Below, piece by piece: positions 47,610 through 56,969 of a DNA stretch of 64,000 nucleotides. The position numbers were made by a program, and so were the translations under genes. This DNA comes from a bacterium (GTDB lineage: Bacteria > Patescibacteriota > Minisyncoccia > UBA6257 > WO2-44-18): contig JAUSKF010000001.1 in NCBI GenBank assembly GCA_030646995.1, positions 5,700-69,699 of the forward strand. The letters run 5' to 3'. The notes below the pieces were generated by a model, which was given only the letters and a program-made list of their open reading frames with translations, did not search any database and was not told where the DNA came from. Within the stretch, counting starts at the first letter, position 1. The number at the start of each line of letters is the position of its first letter.

Positions 47610-49136
47610 CTATCGTGCCCTCTTTATTGGCAAAGAGACGCTGAAAATACAGCCCTTACTTTTATTTTTTACACTGACACTACCGCCATGGGCCTCGGCG
47701 ACCCATTTTACAATTGATAATCCTAGCCCGATGCTGTTTCCGTCAGAATTATGAGACTTATCTGCTCTATAAAATCGTTCAAACACATGAGGTAGGTCTT
47801 CTTTGGATATGCCGATTCCATCATCAGCCACGCTTATTGTAACGAATCCCTTGGACTGCTCAGCGAGAATTTCTGTATGACCGTTCTTGTTGCCATAGAG
47901 GATAGAATTTTTTATAAGATTGGTGAGCATTTTTTCCAGATACACCTTATCCCCTAAAATAATAAGGCTCGGTATCTTCCTGGCAATTATGGAGATATTT
48001 TTTTTATAAGTAATCGCCTTACATCTTCCTATGATGACCGCGATAAGAGACCTAAGATTTACTTTGTCATATACAATTCTATTTTCTAACTCCCCCTTTC
48101 TGGAAGTTATCAGGGTGAGATCCGAAAGAATACCGGAGAGATGCTTTATTTCATAGTTTATAGCCAAAAAAGCGCTCCTCAATGACTTTGGGTTTTTTGA
48201 CTTATCTAGCATAGCCAAATCCACATTGCCTTGGATTATTGCCAAAGGGGTACGGAGTTCATGGGTGGCATCCGCAATTGATGCTACTTTCAATCTTTCT
48301 TCTTCGAGGAGTCTGGCTGTCTCTTTCACCAGTTCCAGTTTCTTGCGTTCAGTTATGTCCCGTACGTTACATTGAATAACGCGCGTCTCACCGGCCATGT
48401 AAGAATTGCTCACAAACTCAACCTCAATAGACTGTCCGGATTTTGTTTCTAGTGGTAAATCCTCATAACGCAAATGACCTTCTTTTTGTAAAACTTTAAA
48501 AGCCGTCCGAGATGCTTTTGTATTTTTAAACGCCCCAACTTCCCATAATTTTTTATTTAAGAATTCACTTTTAGAATAGCCGAGTAATTTCTCTAAAAAA
48601 GGGTTTACGTCTGTTATTTGACCGGTTTGAGAATTAAGGATAAGCACTCCATCGTGGGCGGTCTCAAAAAGTCGCCGGTATCTGATTTCCGACTCTTTTA
48701 ACTTAGTTTTTATTTTATTTTGTTGCTTGGCTTTAAGCCGGAGTGTTTCTGCTGTCACAGCCAGCTTTTGTCTGACACTTTCCTTTTCCTTGGCAGTTAC
48801 CGCAAGCTGCTTGGCGGTCACCGCCAGCTTACGCCTGATACTTTCCTTTTCTGCGGCCGTCGCAGCAAGTTTACTCCTGATACTTTCCTTTTCTCGAGCA
48901 ATCGCGGCAAGCTGTTTGGCGGTTACGGCCAATTTGTCTCTGATACTTTCCTTCTCTTTAGCGATTAGGGCAAGCTGTTTGGCTTTGAGTCGGAGTGTTT
49001 CTGCTGTCACAGCCAGCTTTTGTCTGACACTTTCCTTTTCCTTGGCAGTTACCGCAAGCTGCTTGGCGGTCACCGCCAGCTTACGCCGAACATCTTCCTT
49101 TTCCTTAGCGGTTATGGCGAGTTGTTTTTTTTTCAT
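47610..49136 (-). CDS. Sensor histidine kinase (cytoplasmic; N-terminal tandem coiled-coil repeats, PAS, HisKA, HATPase)
   Basis: H-box ATHELRTPL, then N, G1 (DDGIGI) and G2 (GLGLSIV) boxes; N-terminal repeats of KLAVTAKQLAVTAKEKESVRQ. Confidence 0.8.
   Translation of the reverse strand: MKKKQLAITAKEKEDVRRKLAVTAKQLAVTAKEKESVRQKLAVTAETLRLKAKQLALIAKEKESIRDKLAVTAKQLAAIAREKESIRSKLAATAAEKESIRRKLAVTAKQLAVTAKEKESVRQKLAVTAETLRLKAKQQNKIKTKLKESEIRYRRLFETAHDGVLILNSQTGQITDVNPFLEKLLGYSKSEFLNKKLWEVGAFKNTKASRTAFKVLQKEGHLRYEDLPLETKSGQSIEVEFVSNSYMAGETRVIQCNVRDITERKKLELVKETARLLEEERLKVASIADATHELRTPLAIIQGNVDLAMLDKSKNPKSLRSAFLAINYEIKHLSGILSDLTLITSRKGELENRIVYDKVNLRSLIAVIIGRCKAITYKKNISIIARKIPSLIILGDKVYLEKMLTNLIKNSILYGNKNGHTEILAEQSKGFVTISVADDGIGISKEDLPHVFERFYRADKSHNSDGNSIGLGLSIVKWVAEAHGGSVSVKNKSKGCIFSVSLPIKRAR
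48727..49085. repeat. Intragenic direct DNA repeat (two copies of about 105 bp, near identical) in the histidine-kinase coiled-coil region
   Basis: GGCTTTAAGCCGGAGTGTTTCTGCTGTCACAGCCAGCTTTTGTCTGACACTTTCC...CACCGCCAGCTTACGCC occurs at 48727-48833 and 48979-49085. Confidence 0.65.
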
Positions 49137-49158
49137 TATATTTTCAAGACGTACCGAG

Positions 49159-49827
49159 CTACTCTTTTAGAACAAAGCCCGTGCCGCGTATTGTTTGTAT
49201 TAAAGGTTTCTTTCTATTTCCATCAATCTTCCTACGTAGGTATCTTATATGAACACTCAACTCATTATTTGTCTCCTCAAATTCAGGTCCCCAGGCATTA
49301 TCAATAAGCTTTCGTCTATTTACTGCTTCTCCATGATTAGAAAGTAGTACGTCCAAAAGCTTATACTCTTTCGGCGTAAGCGAAATAACTTTACCGGCAC
49401 GGGTAACTTCGTGCTTCTTCTTGTCCATTTCTAAATCAGCAATCTTTGTTATATCCGGATCAGTTGTTTTTCTACGACGCAACACAGCACGAATGCGAGC
49501 GAATAGTTCATTGAGGCCAAAGGGCTTTATTAGATAGTCATCAGCGCCAACATCAAGGCCGGCGACCCGTTCTTCTGTGCTACCCATCGCGGTGAGCATA
49601 ATAATGGGTGTATGAATCTGATGCTCTCTCAACTCCTTGCAGACAGCAAGGCCGTCTTTCTTCGGAAGCATGATGTCCAAAAGAATCAAAGAATAATTAT
49701 TTTTCATTGCCTTATCCAAACCTTCTTTGCCGTCATAAGCCACCTCAACGGAATAGCGTTCACTTTTTAGCGCTCTTTTCAATATACTCACCAACTTCTT
49801 TTCGTCTTCAATGATTAAAATCGACAT
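49159..49827 (-). CDS. Response regulator, OmpR/PhoB family (receiver plus winged helix)
   Basis: Receiver Asp in LILLDIMLP, conserved T (LTAMG) and K; winged-helix C-terminus LTPKEYKLL...RGTGFVL. Confidence 0.8.
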   Translation of the reverse strand: MSILIIEDEKKLVSILKRALKSERYSVEVAYDGKEGLDKAMKNNYSLILLDIMLPKKDGLAVCKELREHQIHTPIIMLTAMGSTEERVAGLDVGADDYLIKPFGLNELFARIRAVLRRRKTTDPDITKIADLEMDKKKHEVTRAGKVISLTPKEYKLLDVLLSNHGEAVNRRKLIDNAWGPEFEETNNELSVHIRYLRRKIDGNRKKPLIQTIRGTGFVLKE

Positions 49828-49942
49828 ATATTTATATATAACGCCTATCATTAAAACTTGCAAGACATATTGTTAAATTTTAATGATATATACAGCTAAG
49901 ACACACAAATAAAAAATCCCTTAGAGGTTGATCTCTAAGGGA

Positions 49943-51427
49943 TTAGGCTGCGGTTTCCAAACTGTCGAAAACCATTTTTTTGCTGTCTTCCAGAACAACC
50001 GACACGGTGTCTCCCGACTTCAGCTGCTTAGTAATCAACAGCCTGACTACCTTCAGGCGGACGTATTTCCGCACCCGCTGCTTCAACAACCGAGCCCCCC
50101 ATTCCATCCGCTTCATCGCCCGCTGAACCAAATAGTCCTTCACGGCGGGATCAATCTCGATAGTAATCTTAATTCCCTTTTCGGCAATATCCGATTTCAG
50201 CAAATTGAGCTGCAATTCAAAAATCTTGCCCATATCGGTCGTGTCCAACGGCCGGAAAACTTCGATACTGTCGAATCGGCCCAACAACGGAATCGGTAAA
50301 TCTTCATTCGCCTTTTCAAGGGCAAGCTCGTAAATATCTTCGCCGAGCTCGTTCTTGGTTTTGGGATTATTCATCTTAAATCCCAAGGCTTTGTTATTGA
50401 TGACATCGGCAATCTCTGCGCTGGCTACGTTTCCAGTGGCGATAATGATGCAGTTCTCAAAATTAACCAAAACACCATTACTCTGCTTCAGCTTCCCCTT
50501 ATCAATAATCTGATAAAGAAGATGGTGCATGTTGCGATGAGCTTTTTCCAACTCATCGAAGAGCACAATTCCTATTAAATTTTTCGGAACGTCTCCGCTG
50601 CCATCCCAATCCAATCCGTTCTCATAGTATTCCTTGTCAGTTTTTTCCAGCTTGGCTTCCAATTCTTTCAGTTCACCCTGCATCACGATTAGTTCTTGGA
50701 GAATTCTGTTGGCTTCGGCGGCTTCAGCCAAATTCTGATCACCTAGCTTTTTCCACTCGCGGTATACCTGATTCAAACCAATAAACATTTCAGCTGCTGC
50801 AGTCTTGTCTTCTTGAATCTGCTTTATAGCAACAAAAATGTCACCAAGCTGTTCTCCCAATTCATAAACCTGTTCCGTGAGCTCATTTGAAGAATTCTGC
50901 AAATCCCGATGTCGCGACATCAGGTACAAACGCTTCTTTTTAATCTCACTGATTCTATTGCTGAATACAGACCTTTCAGAAAGCATGCCGTCGTATTTTT
51001 CCTGCAACATCTCGAAATGATGCTTATAGATGTTCCAGTTAGTCAGCAACGGATGCTCGCCGGTAGGATCTTCGGGATCTTGAAAGCCTACGTACCCCGG
51101 AGGAGAACCGATTAAAGCCGCGGTTTGATGTTCTTGCGCCATCGATTCGCACTCAACCTTCAACAGCGCGTCGGGATTGTTAAAAAAGTATTTAGCCAGC
51201 TGTTCGGCGGTTTCCGTTTTTCCGGTACCCGAAGGTCCCAAAAGAAAAAAGGTTCCCATCGGCCGGCGAGGCTCCCGAAAATCCGAAAAGGCAATTTCCA
51301 AAGCGTCAGCAACCTGCTGAAGCGCGTGCTCCTGCCCAACGACATTTCCCGTCAAATGCTTCAGAATTTTTTCTGCCTCGGGACCCATTTTTGAGTCATC
51401 AAGGCGAACTCTCTTCCGCTCGCTCAT
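49943..51427 (-). CDS. AAA+ ATPase, ClpA/ClpB D2-like module with a coiled-coil domain inserted between Walker A and Walker B (HslU-like layout)
   Basis: Walker A LLGPSGTGKTE, Walker B IVLFDELEKAH, sensor-1 IIIATGN, a C-terminal small domain, and a roughly 150 aa coiled-coil insert. Confidence 0.6.
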   Translation of the reverse strand: MSERKRVRLDDSKMGPEAEKILKHLTGNVVGQEHALQQVADALEIAFSDFREPRRPMGTFFLLGPSGTGKTETAEQLAKYFFNNPDALLKVECESMAQEHQTAALIGSPPGYVGFQDPEDPTGEHPLLTNWNIYKHHFEMLQEKYDGMLSERSVFSNRISEIKKKRLYLMSRHRDLQNSSNELTEQVYELGEQLGDIFVAIKQIQEDKTAAAEMFIGLNQVYREWKKLGDQNLAEAAEANRILQELIVMQGELKELEAKLEKTDKEYYENGLDWDGSGDVPKNLIGIVLFDELEKAHRNMHHLLYQIIDKGKLKQSNGVLVNFENCIIIATGNVASAEIADVINNKALGFKMNNPKTKNELGEDIYELALEKANEDLPIPLLGRFDSIEVFRPLDTTDMGKIFELQLNLLKSDIAEKGIKITIEIDPAVKDYLVQRAMKRMEWGARLLKQRVRKYVRLKVVRLLITKQLKSGDTVSVVLEDSKKMVFDSLETAA

Positions 51428-51506
51428 GGCGCACCTCGATGATGTTTGATTTCAACGTTCTGCCTAAAGATTAGCCTAAAATATACGGGAATTGCAAGAA
51501 TAAAAA

Positions 51507-51539
51507 ATCCCACACATAATTTATGTGTGGGACGCGTCC
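51507..51539. promoter_or_regulatory. Palindromic motif B (ATCCCACACATAA-T-TTATGTGTGGGAC), 80-112 nt upstream of the AAA+ gene; also acts as a terminator hairpin for the upstream gene
   Basis: Perfect 11 bp arms, followed on the coding strand by ATTTTTTATTC. Confidence 0.45.
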
Positions 51540-51550
51540 CCGAATAACAT

Positions 51551-53641
51551 TTATTTCTTACGTTTGGCCAAAGACGCTTCCAAATTCCTCTTTCGCAGTT
51601 CGACGTCCTTGCTAATCAAGGCCAGAGCTTCGGTGCCACGATCGAAATACTCAATCGTAAAGCGCGTCAGCAAACCGCACTCGCTGTGAGTAATCGAGTA
51701 AACGATGAATCCGACATCAGAAAGCTTTCCTAGACCGGTGATGAAGTTAGTCTTTCCCTGCAAACAAGGCATCATAATAAAAATGATTCCCTTGTAAAGC
51801 ATAGAGCAGTACACGTGACCGCCACCGGAAAGCAGGGAGAAAATTTTACCGCGATACTGCGAGGCCTTCTTTCTGGAGGCCGTCTTCTCGATCTCTTTCA
51901 GCATGCCCTCGGCAACCTGTTGCGGCTTATAGGATTTAGCGTAACCGGTTCCCCAATTGAAGTGCCGAAGCCAGGTGATGATCCGGCCGTTGCACTCCTC
52001 GCCCTGCTGAACACCAAGATATTTGATGTCCGCGCGAATCTTCGCAAGCGGGTCCAAAAGGTCATAACCGTTGCGATCCTGGAACCATCGGTCGTGATCA
52101 CCGCTAATCATCAACGTCACAATGCCCTTACGATAGGGGTACAAAGAGATGGCGTCGTTCGTCAGCGGAGTGGCGCGATATTCACGCACTTCCCGATTAT
52201 GGTGCTCTTCATGTTTATCAGGACCGTTGGTGATGTCACCGCAATGAAACACGGTATCAATTTTCTGCTCCTCAAAATAGTCGTAAGCGGCATGGCAAAT
52301 CTCCAAAAGTTCGGAGTTGTGCCCGATGTGAGTATCCGAAACCCCACCACGCGTGATAGTGGTATGAAAATAGTCCTTGAAATCAATCTTGCAAGCCTTG
52401 AAACGGACTCGCGAGTTGATCTGAAGTTGATAGTTCTTCGACGGGTTTTCCGGATTGTCCGGCTCGCAGATATCGAATCCGACGCTCTGCAATTTAGAGA
52501 TCAAGGACTTAACCGAAGCATCGCTACGATCCATTGCCTGCGTCAGCTCACCGAGTGTCTTTGGGGATTTCTCCAACAGCGCCAAAATCTTCTTACCATC
52601 AACAGTCAGACCCTCCGTAATGGACTTATCGTCAGAAAATTTTTCACGATAATCATCTTTGATTGCCGGGAGCGGGTAAACCGCTTTTTGGACGGAGAAC
52701 TCGCCTTCTTTGGTGAACCGGATGGTGAGAATCACCAGTCCGATAGTCGGCACCACCGAGCGACGCTGCTTCCTCATCAATGACTTCGGGGCCGTGCGCA
52801 GACCGGGAATAGAAATCAACGTCGGGATAATGCCACCCGAGAGGTCACAGAAGATACCCTGTCCGGCGACTGCCACAATGTCAGGCAAATCTTCGGAGTA
52901 AATATCTTTTACATCTTGAACAAGGTTTTCGGCAAATCCCTGAACGGGATAAGACTTGGAATAAGGCGAGGAATCGCCTCCATGGTAAGCAACCTTCAAA
53001 ACCGGCCAACGCACGCCCTTTTCAGGACCACGCCGCAACGGGAAATCAGCCTGCGAATCACCGCGATAAACAAGATCATCGCGCTCCGTGCAAACTTCCG
53101 CCAAGATATTCCGGCTGTCTTTCCGCCACAACATATCATGGTGTCCGGAAATGAAACGGGTCTTGAACTTCTTCGAGCGAGGGTAGTTTTGAACAATATA
53201 CTGCACCTGATCATCCACCGTCGTCTTATGAAATTCATCACTGTTCATGCGCGTAGGCTTACCAGCCGAAACACCGGCATGAATCATAAAATCCACTCCT
53301 TCGTTTTCTGCAATCTGAAAAGCATGGCAGAGATTCGTCGGCTGTTCGGATTTGCTACCCAATAGCGTGTCAGAAATCAGACCAACTTTCACTTCAAAAT
53401 CCTTGATTACCATATCCTCGGGAGACGCCTCAATCGGCGTTTTGCCAAGATAAAAAGTGTCCTCATGCTTCACCACAAAGACTCCCTTGTCGTGAAGTTT
53501 CTGAGCCATTTCGACGATACCATTCGCCGATTTGTCCAAAGCAGAGGACATTTTCTTGATGTGGCAGGGGCCGGCTTTCAACATATCCAGCATTTTCTGC
53601 TCTACGGTATTCAACTCGGGAACAGTCTTCTTCGACGCCAT
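51551..53641 (-). CDS. Tandem calcineurin-like metallophosphoesterase protein (two phosphoesterase domains; start set at the internal Met)
   Basis: Two GDxHG/GDxxDRG-type motif sets (GLISDTLLG...MIHAGV and GVSDTHIGHN...FHCGDITNGPD); about 696 aa. Confidence 0.5.
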   Translation of the reverse strand: MASKKTVPELNTVEQKMLDMLKAGPCHIKKMSSALDKSANGIVEMAQKLHDKGVFVVKHEDTFYLGKTPIEASPEDMVIKDFEVKVGLISDTLLGSKSEQPTNLCHAFQIAENEGVDFMIHAGVSAGKPTRMNSDEFHKTTVDDQVQYIVQNYPRSKKFKTRFISGHHDMLWRKDSRNILAEVCTERDDLVYRGDSQADFPLRRGPEKGVRWPVLKVAYHGGDSSPYSKSYPVQGFAENLVQDVKDIYSEDLPDIVAVAGQGIFCDLSGGIIPTLISIPGLRTAPKSLMRKQRRSVVPTIGLVILTIRFTKEGEFSVQKAVYPLPAIKDDYREKFSDDKSITEGLTVDGKKILALLEKSPKTLGELTQAMDRSDASVKSLISKLQSVGFDICEPDNPENPSKNYQLQINSRVRFKACKIDFKDYFHTTITRGGVSDTHIGHNSELLEICHAAYDYFEEQKIDTVFHCGDITNGPDKHEEHHNREVREYRATPLTNDAISLYPYRKGIVTLMISGDHDRWFQDRNGYDLLDPLAKIRADIKYLGVQQGEECNGRIITWLRHFNWGTGYAKSYKPQQVAEGMLKEIEKTASRKKASQYRGKIFSLLSGGGHVYCSMLYKGIIFIMMPCLQGKTNFITGLGKLSDVGFIVYSITHSECGLLTRFTIEYFDRGTEALALISKDVELRKRNLEASLAKRKK

Positions 53642-53718
53642 CAGCTTTCTCCTTAAGAAATTAAGTTGTAAATGAACACAATCACTATATGGCAATGCCC
53701 TGAAAATATCAATCATCA

Positions 53719-53751
53719 AATCCCACACATAATTTCTTATGTATGGGACAC
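53719..53751. promoter_or_regulatory. Palindromic motif B (ATCCCACACATAA-TTTC-TTATGTATGGGAC) between divergent genes
   Basis: 78-110 nt upstream of the phosphoesterase gene and 83 nt upstream of the small winged-helix gene. Confidence 0.45.
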
Positions 53752-53833
53752 GAATTTGATTATTTCCCCTCGAAAGAATTATGCTTAAGTTAGTCTGGTT
53801 TCCGAGGGATTACAAGAAAAGAGGAGGCCAGTA

Positions 53834-54028
53834 TTGAACAAGAAATACCTCCGGCAGAAGATACTTCGCCTCGTGATGAGTTGGCCGGAAAGAAATGAGT
53901 TCCTGACAGTATCAGAGATAGCAAAAAGGCTGAAAATTCCCAAAGAAGGCGCGGCTAAAATTATCTTTGAGTTATTCGGCAAAAAGAAGCTGGAAATCTA
54001 CGGGCAGCTAGTTATAAAACCTCGCTAA
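53834..54028 (+). CDS. Small winged-helix DNA-binding protein (putative regulator; TTG start)
   Basis: 64 aa; GAGGAGG RBS; LTVSEIAKRLKIPKEGAAKIIFEL HTH-like. Confidence 0.4.
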   Translation: MNKKYLRQKILRLVMSWPERNEFLTVSEIAKRLKIPKEGAAKIIFELFGKKKLEIYGQLVIKPR

Positions 54029-54030
54029 GC

Positions 54031-54300
54031 CCCCTATTCCCACATGATCTCCGCAGCGATGCGGAGATTTTTTATTTAGTACGAGGCTTTGAGGACGCAG
54101 ATGTAGACTCTACTTCCAGTCCGAGAAACGAAGTAATAAATAATAAAATCCCGCATCCCAGAGGGTTGTGGTTAAAATTCTTTATTTCTATGTCGTCGAA
54201 CAATAGGCATAGAGTCTATGCCTCATTATTCTCCTCCTCGAAATAAAGAATTTTTCCTCACAACGCTGCTGAAGCTTATGTGGGAATAGGGGGCAACACG
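54031..54300. repeat. About 270 bp long-hairpin MITE-like element with perfect 17 bp terminal inverted repeats
   Basis: GCCCCCTATTCCCACAT pairs with ATGTGGGAATAGGGGGC; inner arms GGTTGTGGTTAAAATTCTTTATTTC/GAAATAAAGAATTTTTCCTCACAAC. The left end contains the repeated terminator module. Confidence 0.5.
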
Positions 54301-54328
54301 GGGCTTTTTATATAGTGAGCTTGCCGAA

Positions 54329-54700
54329 CTATTTCTTCTCCAAATCCAAACAAACCGAATTAATGCAATAACGCTTCCCTCCTTTTTCGCTCGGGCCATC
54401 ATCGAAAACATGCCCCAAATGGGCGCCGCAATTCTTGCAGACGACTTCCGTGCGCAACATTCCGCCGCTCTCATCTTCCCGCAACTCGATATTCTTTAAA
54501 TTCGCCGGCTCGGTGAAGCTCGGCCAGCCGGTGCCGGAATCAAATTTCGTATCGGAAGAAAACAACTCATTGCCACAAATGGCGCATTTATACATACCAG
54601 CCGAATGCTCATCCGCGTATTTTCCGGTAAACGGCGCCTCCGTCCCCTTTTCCCGCGCTACTCTCCTTAATTCAGGTGATAATTCTTCGTCTTTTTTCAT
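54329..54700 (-). CDS. msrB: Peptide methionine sulfoxide reductase MsrB
   Basis: SelR domain with CxxC...CxxC zinc site (CAICGN...[12 protein letters not shown]) and catalytic region RYCINS. Confidence 0.8.
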   Translation of the reverse strand: MKKDEELSPELRRVAREKGTEAPFTGKYADEHSAGMYKCAICGNELFSSDTKFDSGTGWPSFTEPANLKNIELREDESGGMLRTEVVCKNCGAHLGHVFDDGPSEKGGKRYCINSVCLDLEKK

Positions 54701-54804
54701 ATATTTATATTGATAATTCTAAGTTATCCACCATTACCCTATTCTATCAGAAGGTAATCGCGTGCTAAAATCAGAAAAGTTCTTCGCGTAAAAAGGAGGC
54801 TCTT

Positions 54805-55083
54805 ATGTCCGACGATAGATTTGAAGTCGGCGACCGAGTTGATTGGTCGGATGAACTAGATTTGGAACGAAGAAAACAACTTGTTGAAGATTTTGGCCCC
54901 GGACCATTCGAAATCTACAAAACGGAAATCCGTGATTCCAAGCAATTCGTCGTTCTCTCCTGTAGAACAAAAAAGGAAGTTTTGGTTCTGGAGGATCGCG
55001 ACCAACTCCTGTTTCCTATCAATGATCCGGCGGTCGCCAAAATTCCCGCTCGTATTTCTGCCTTTCTCTTGAAAAAAGTCTAA
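54805..55083 (+). CDS. Hypothetical protein
   Basis: 92 aa; AGGAGG RBS; terminator at 55086-55111. Confidence 0.4.
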   Translation: MSDDRFEVGDRVDWSDELDLERRKQLVEDFGPGPFEIYKTEIRDSKQFVVLSCRTKKEVLVLEDRDQLLFPINDPAVAKIPARISAFLLKKV

Positions 55084-55085
55084 CT

Positions 55086-55111
55086 GCCCCGTATTTCGGG
55101 GCGGTTTTTTT
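55086..55111 (+). terminator. Intrinsic terminator
   Basis: GCCCCGTATTTCGGGGC hairpin plus TTTTTTTTATT. Confidence 0.6.
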
Positions 55112-55114
55112 ATT

Positions 55115-55813
55115 CTATTTTGACGAAAGATGCTTCGGTACAATTTTAAATGCCAATATCAACGCAAAAATAATCGCAAAGCCACACATAATGGAGGCAA
55201 GGGCGTTTCGCGCATCAGGAGAAATCACGAAAATTACCCCCATCGGCAAAATGAAAGAAAGATAGCCGGCTATAAACCAAAAAAGTATCTTCCTAGTTAT
55301 GGTGGGTTTGTGAATGGCGGATATTTTTTCTAGAGCTTCCCAAATTCCCAGAATTAGAAAACCAAAATAATAAAAGCCGTAAAAGCCATATAGGGCCTGC
55401 GATGAATTAAAGATTACGTAATTACCACCACAAAAAGCGCCCGTGATTGCCTTGGGCACAAACAGAAAATAAGCGGCATACAAAATCGCAGCCACGTATC
55501 CCAATTTCAGGAAATGAGTCTTGTGGCTTAATTGTGATACCAGATAAAGACCGACTAGCGGCAATAAGGTGATCGCCACAAACCCTACACGTGACCACAT
55601 CAGAGCATGCGGACTGCCGACGCAAATCAGATATTCCGCCAGCTGAAATGTGGCCAGAAGCGCTAAAAGCAAAGCGGCCGTCCTGCCGAATTTCGTCATT
55701 CTGTATCTCGCAAAAATATAAAGCGCAAGAATAATCTCAATAGCAAAAGTGGCCACCATCACAAAAGGCGAGAAGCAGAAGAAAGTAGATTTTTGCCTGA
55801 AAAACCTGAACAT
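55115..55813 (-). CDS. Hypothetical polytopic membrane protein
   Basis: Seven or eight TM helices; motif A directly upstream. Confidence 0.4.
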   Translation of the reverse strand: MFRFFRQKSTFFCFSPFVMVATFAIEIILALYIFARYRMTKFGRTAALLLALLATFQLAEYLICVGSPHALMWSRVGFVAITLLPLVGLYLVSQLSHKTHFLKLGYVAAILYAAYFLFVPKAITGAFCGGNYVIFNSSQALYGFYGFYYFGFLILGIWEALEKISAIHKPTITRKILFWFIAGYLSFILPMGVIFVISPDARNALASIMCGFAIIFALILAFKIVPKHLSSK

Positions 55814-55841
55814 TAATTTAATATATACCATTCTACTTAAT

Positions 55842-55865
55842 TTCTATATGTCTGGTACACATAAC
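55842..55865 (-). promoter_or_regulatory. Promoter-proximal motif A (TTCTATATGTCTGGTACACATAAC)
   Basis: Also at 20763-20782 and 57551-57574, each 30-50 nt upstream of a minus-strand start codon. Confidence 0.4.
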
Positions 55866-56067
55866 AAAGCGAATCGACATTTCTTCGTAAGGAACCCTAC
55901 CGGCAGGCAGGTATTTTTTCTAAAGCGCAGGGAGTAGTTTCGAGGAACATGCCGGAGGCGATTTTGATTGGTTCGTTTGTTAATACAAACGAAAAATCGC
56001 CAAGGGAGAGGCGAAATTTTTCGCTGGAAAAAATTTACGCCGTTTCCGAGGGGCTATTCCCGGAGCC

Positions 56068-56931
56068 CTACCACCTACTACTAGATCCTCCTCCACCCGA
56101 ACCGCCACCACCAAAGCCGCCAAAACCTCCGCCCCCACCAGAACCGCCACCTCCACCAATCCACCAAGGATAATGGCCGGAGAGTTTTCCTTTTTGGTAT
56201 CCACGCGAAACAAAGAAATCAAACAGAAGACCGATAGGAACTAGAAGAGCCATCGAAAGAACGCCTGTATATAAAAATCCATAAAACGACCCAACGATTA
56301 GGCCGCCCACCCCGCCAAGAACTCCGCCGAGCCACCAAGACTTTGACCGCCCTAGTATCCGCGCCAACCAGAGCGGAACTACGAGAATCAACCAGCCGAA
56401 AAACTGGCCGTCAAAAGGCGAAGCTGCATTATCAGCCGGATTTTCACTCGGTATAATTTCTTCTTGATTTACCGCCGCAATAATTTTCTCTGTTACTCCG
56501 GATATTCCGGAATAAAAATCATCATTTCGAAAAGCCGGAACAGCCACATTCTGCTGAATCCAGTAAGATTGGGCGTCAGTAAGTAGGCCTTCTAATCCAT
56601 AACCGACTTCAATCCGCATTTCATGGTCCTCAACTGCCACTAAAAATAAAACGCCATTGTCTTTCCCCTTCTCGCCGATTCCCCATTCCCGGAAAAGCTC
56701 GGAGGCGTAATTTTCAACCGTATCACCCTCCAGGCTTTCAATAGTAACGACAGCAATCTCAACGCCGGTACTCTTTTTAAATTCTACAAGCCGGTTCTCA
56801 ATTTGAAGCCGCTGCTCGCCAGTCAAAACTCCCGCAAAGTCGCTAACGAAACCCGCCGGTTTGCCGGGATTGGAATATGCCAAAACAAAAGAGGGCAAAA
56901 ATGCGAGGGCTAGAATAAATCCTATTCGCAT
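56068..56931 (-). CDS. TPM-domain protein (TLP18.3/Psb32/MOLO-1 family) with a Gly-rich C-terminal tail
   Basis: Signal peptide, FVSDFAGVL...VEIAVVTI TPM signature, a C-terminal TM, then a GGGGSGGGGG tail; paired with lemA. Confidence 0.65.
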   Translation of the reverse strand: MRIGFILALAFLPSFVLAYSNPGKPAGFVSDFAGVLTGEQRLQIENRLVEFKKSTGVEIAVVTIESLEGDTVENYASELFREWGIGEKGKDNGVLFLVAVEDHEMRIEVGYGLEGLLTDAQSYWIQQNVAVPAFRNDDFYSGISGVTEKIIAAVNQEEIIPSENPADNAASPFDGQFFGWLILVVPLWLARILGRSKSWWLGGVLGGVGGLIVGSFYGFLYTGVLSMALLVPIGLLFDFFVSRGYQKGKLSGHYPWWIGGGGGSGGGGGFGGFGGGGSGGGGSSSRW

Positions 56932-56969
56932 TATTAAATTAAATTCGCATTATTCGCGATTACTAAGAA

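Noticed and set aside
48727-49136. Possible CRISPR array because of regularly spaced repeats
   Set aside because: The repeats are in-frame coding repeats of the histidine-kinase coiled coil. They are about 105 bp units without unique spacers, with no cas genes nearby. Not CRISPR.
51815-52783. 322 aa plus-strand ORF and several 60-150 aa ORFs on the plus strand at 52.4-53.7 kb
   Set aside because: Antisense to the long metallophosphoesterase gene. There is no RBS or motifs, and the composition is typical of shadow ORFs.
55949-56173. 74 aa poly-Pro ORF
   Set aside because: It is the antisense reading of the Gly-rich (GGGGSGGGG) C-terminal tail of the TPM-domain gene. Artefact of low-complexity DNA.
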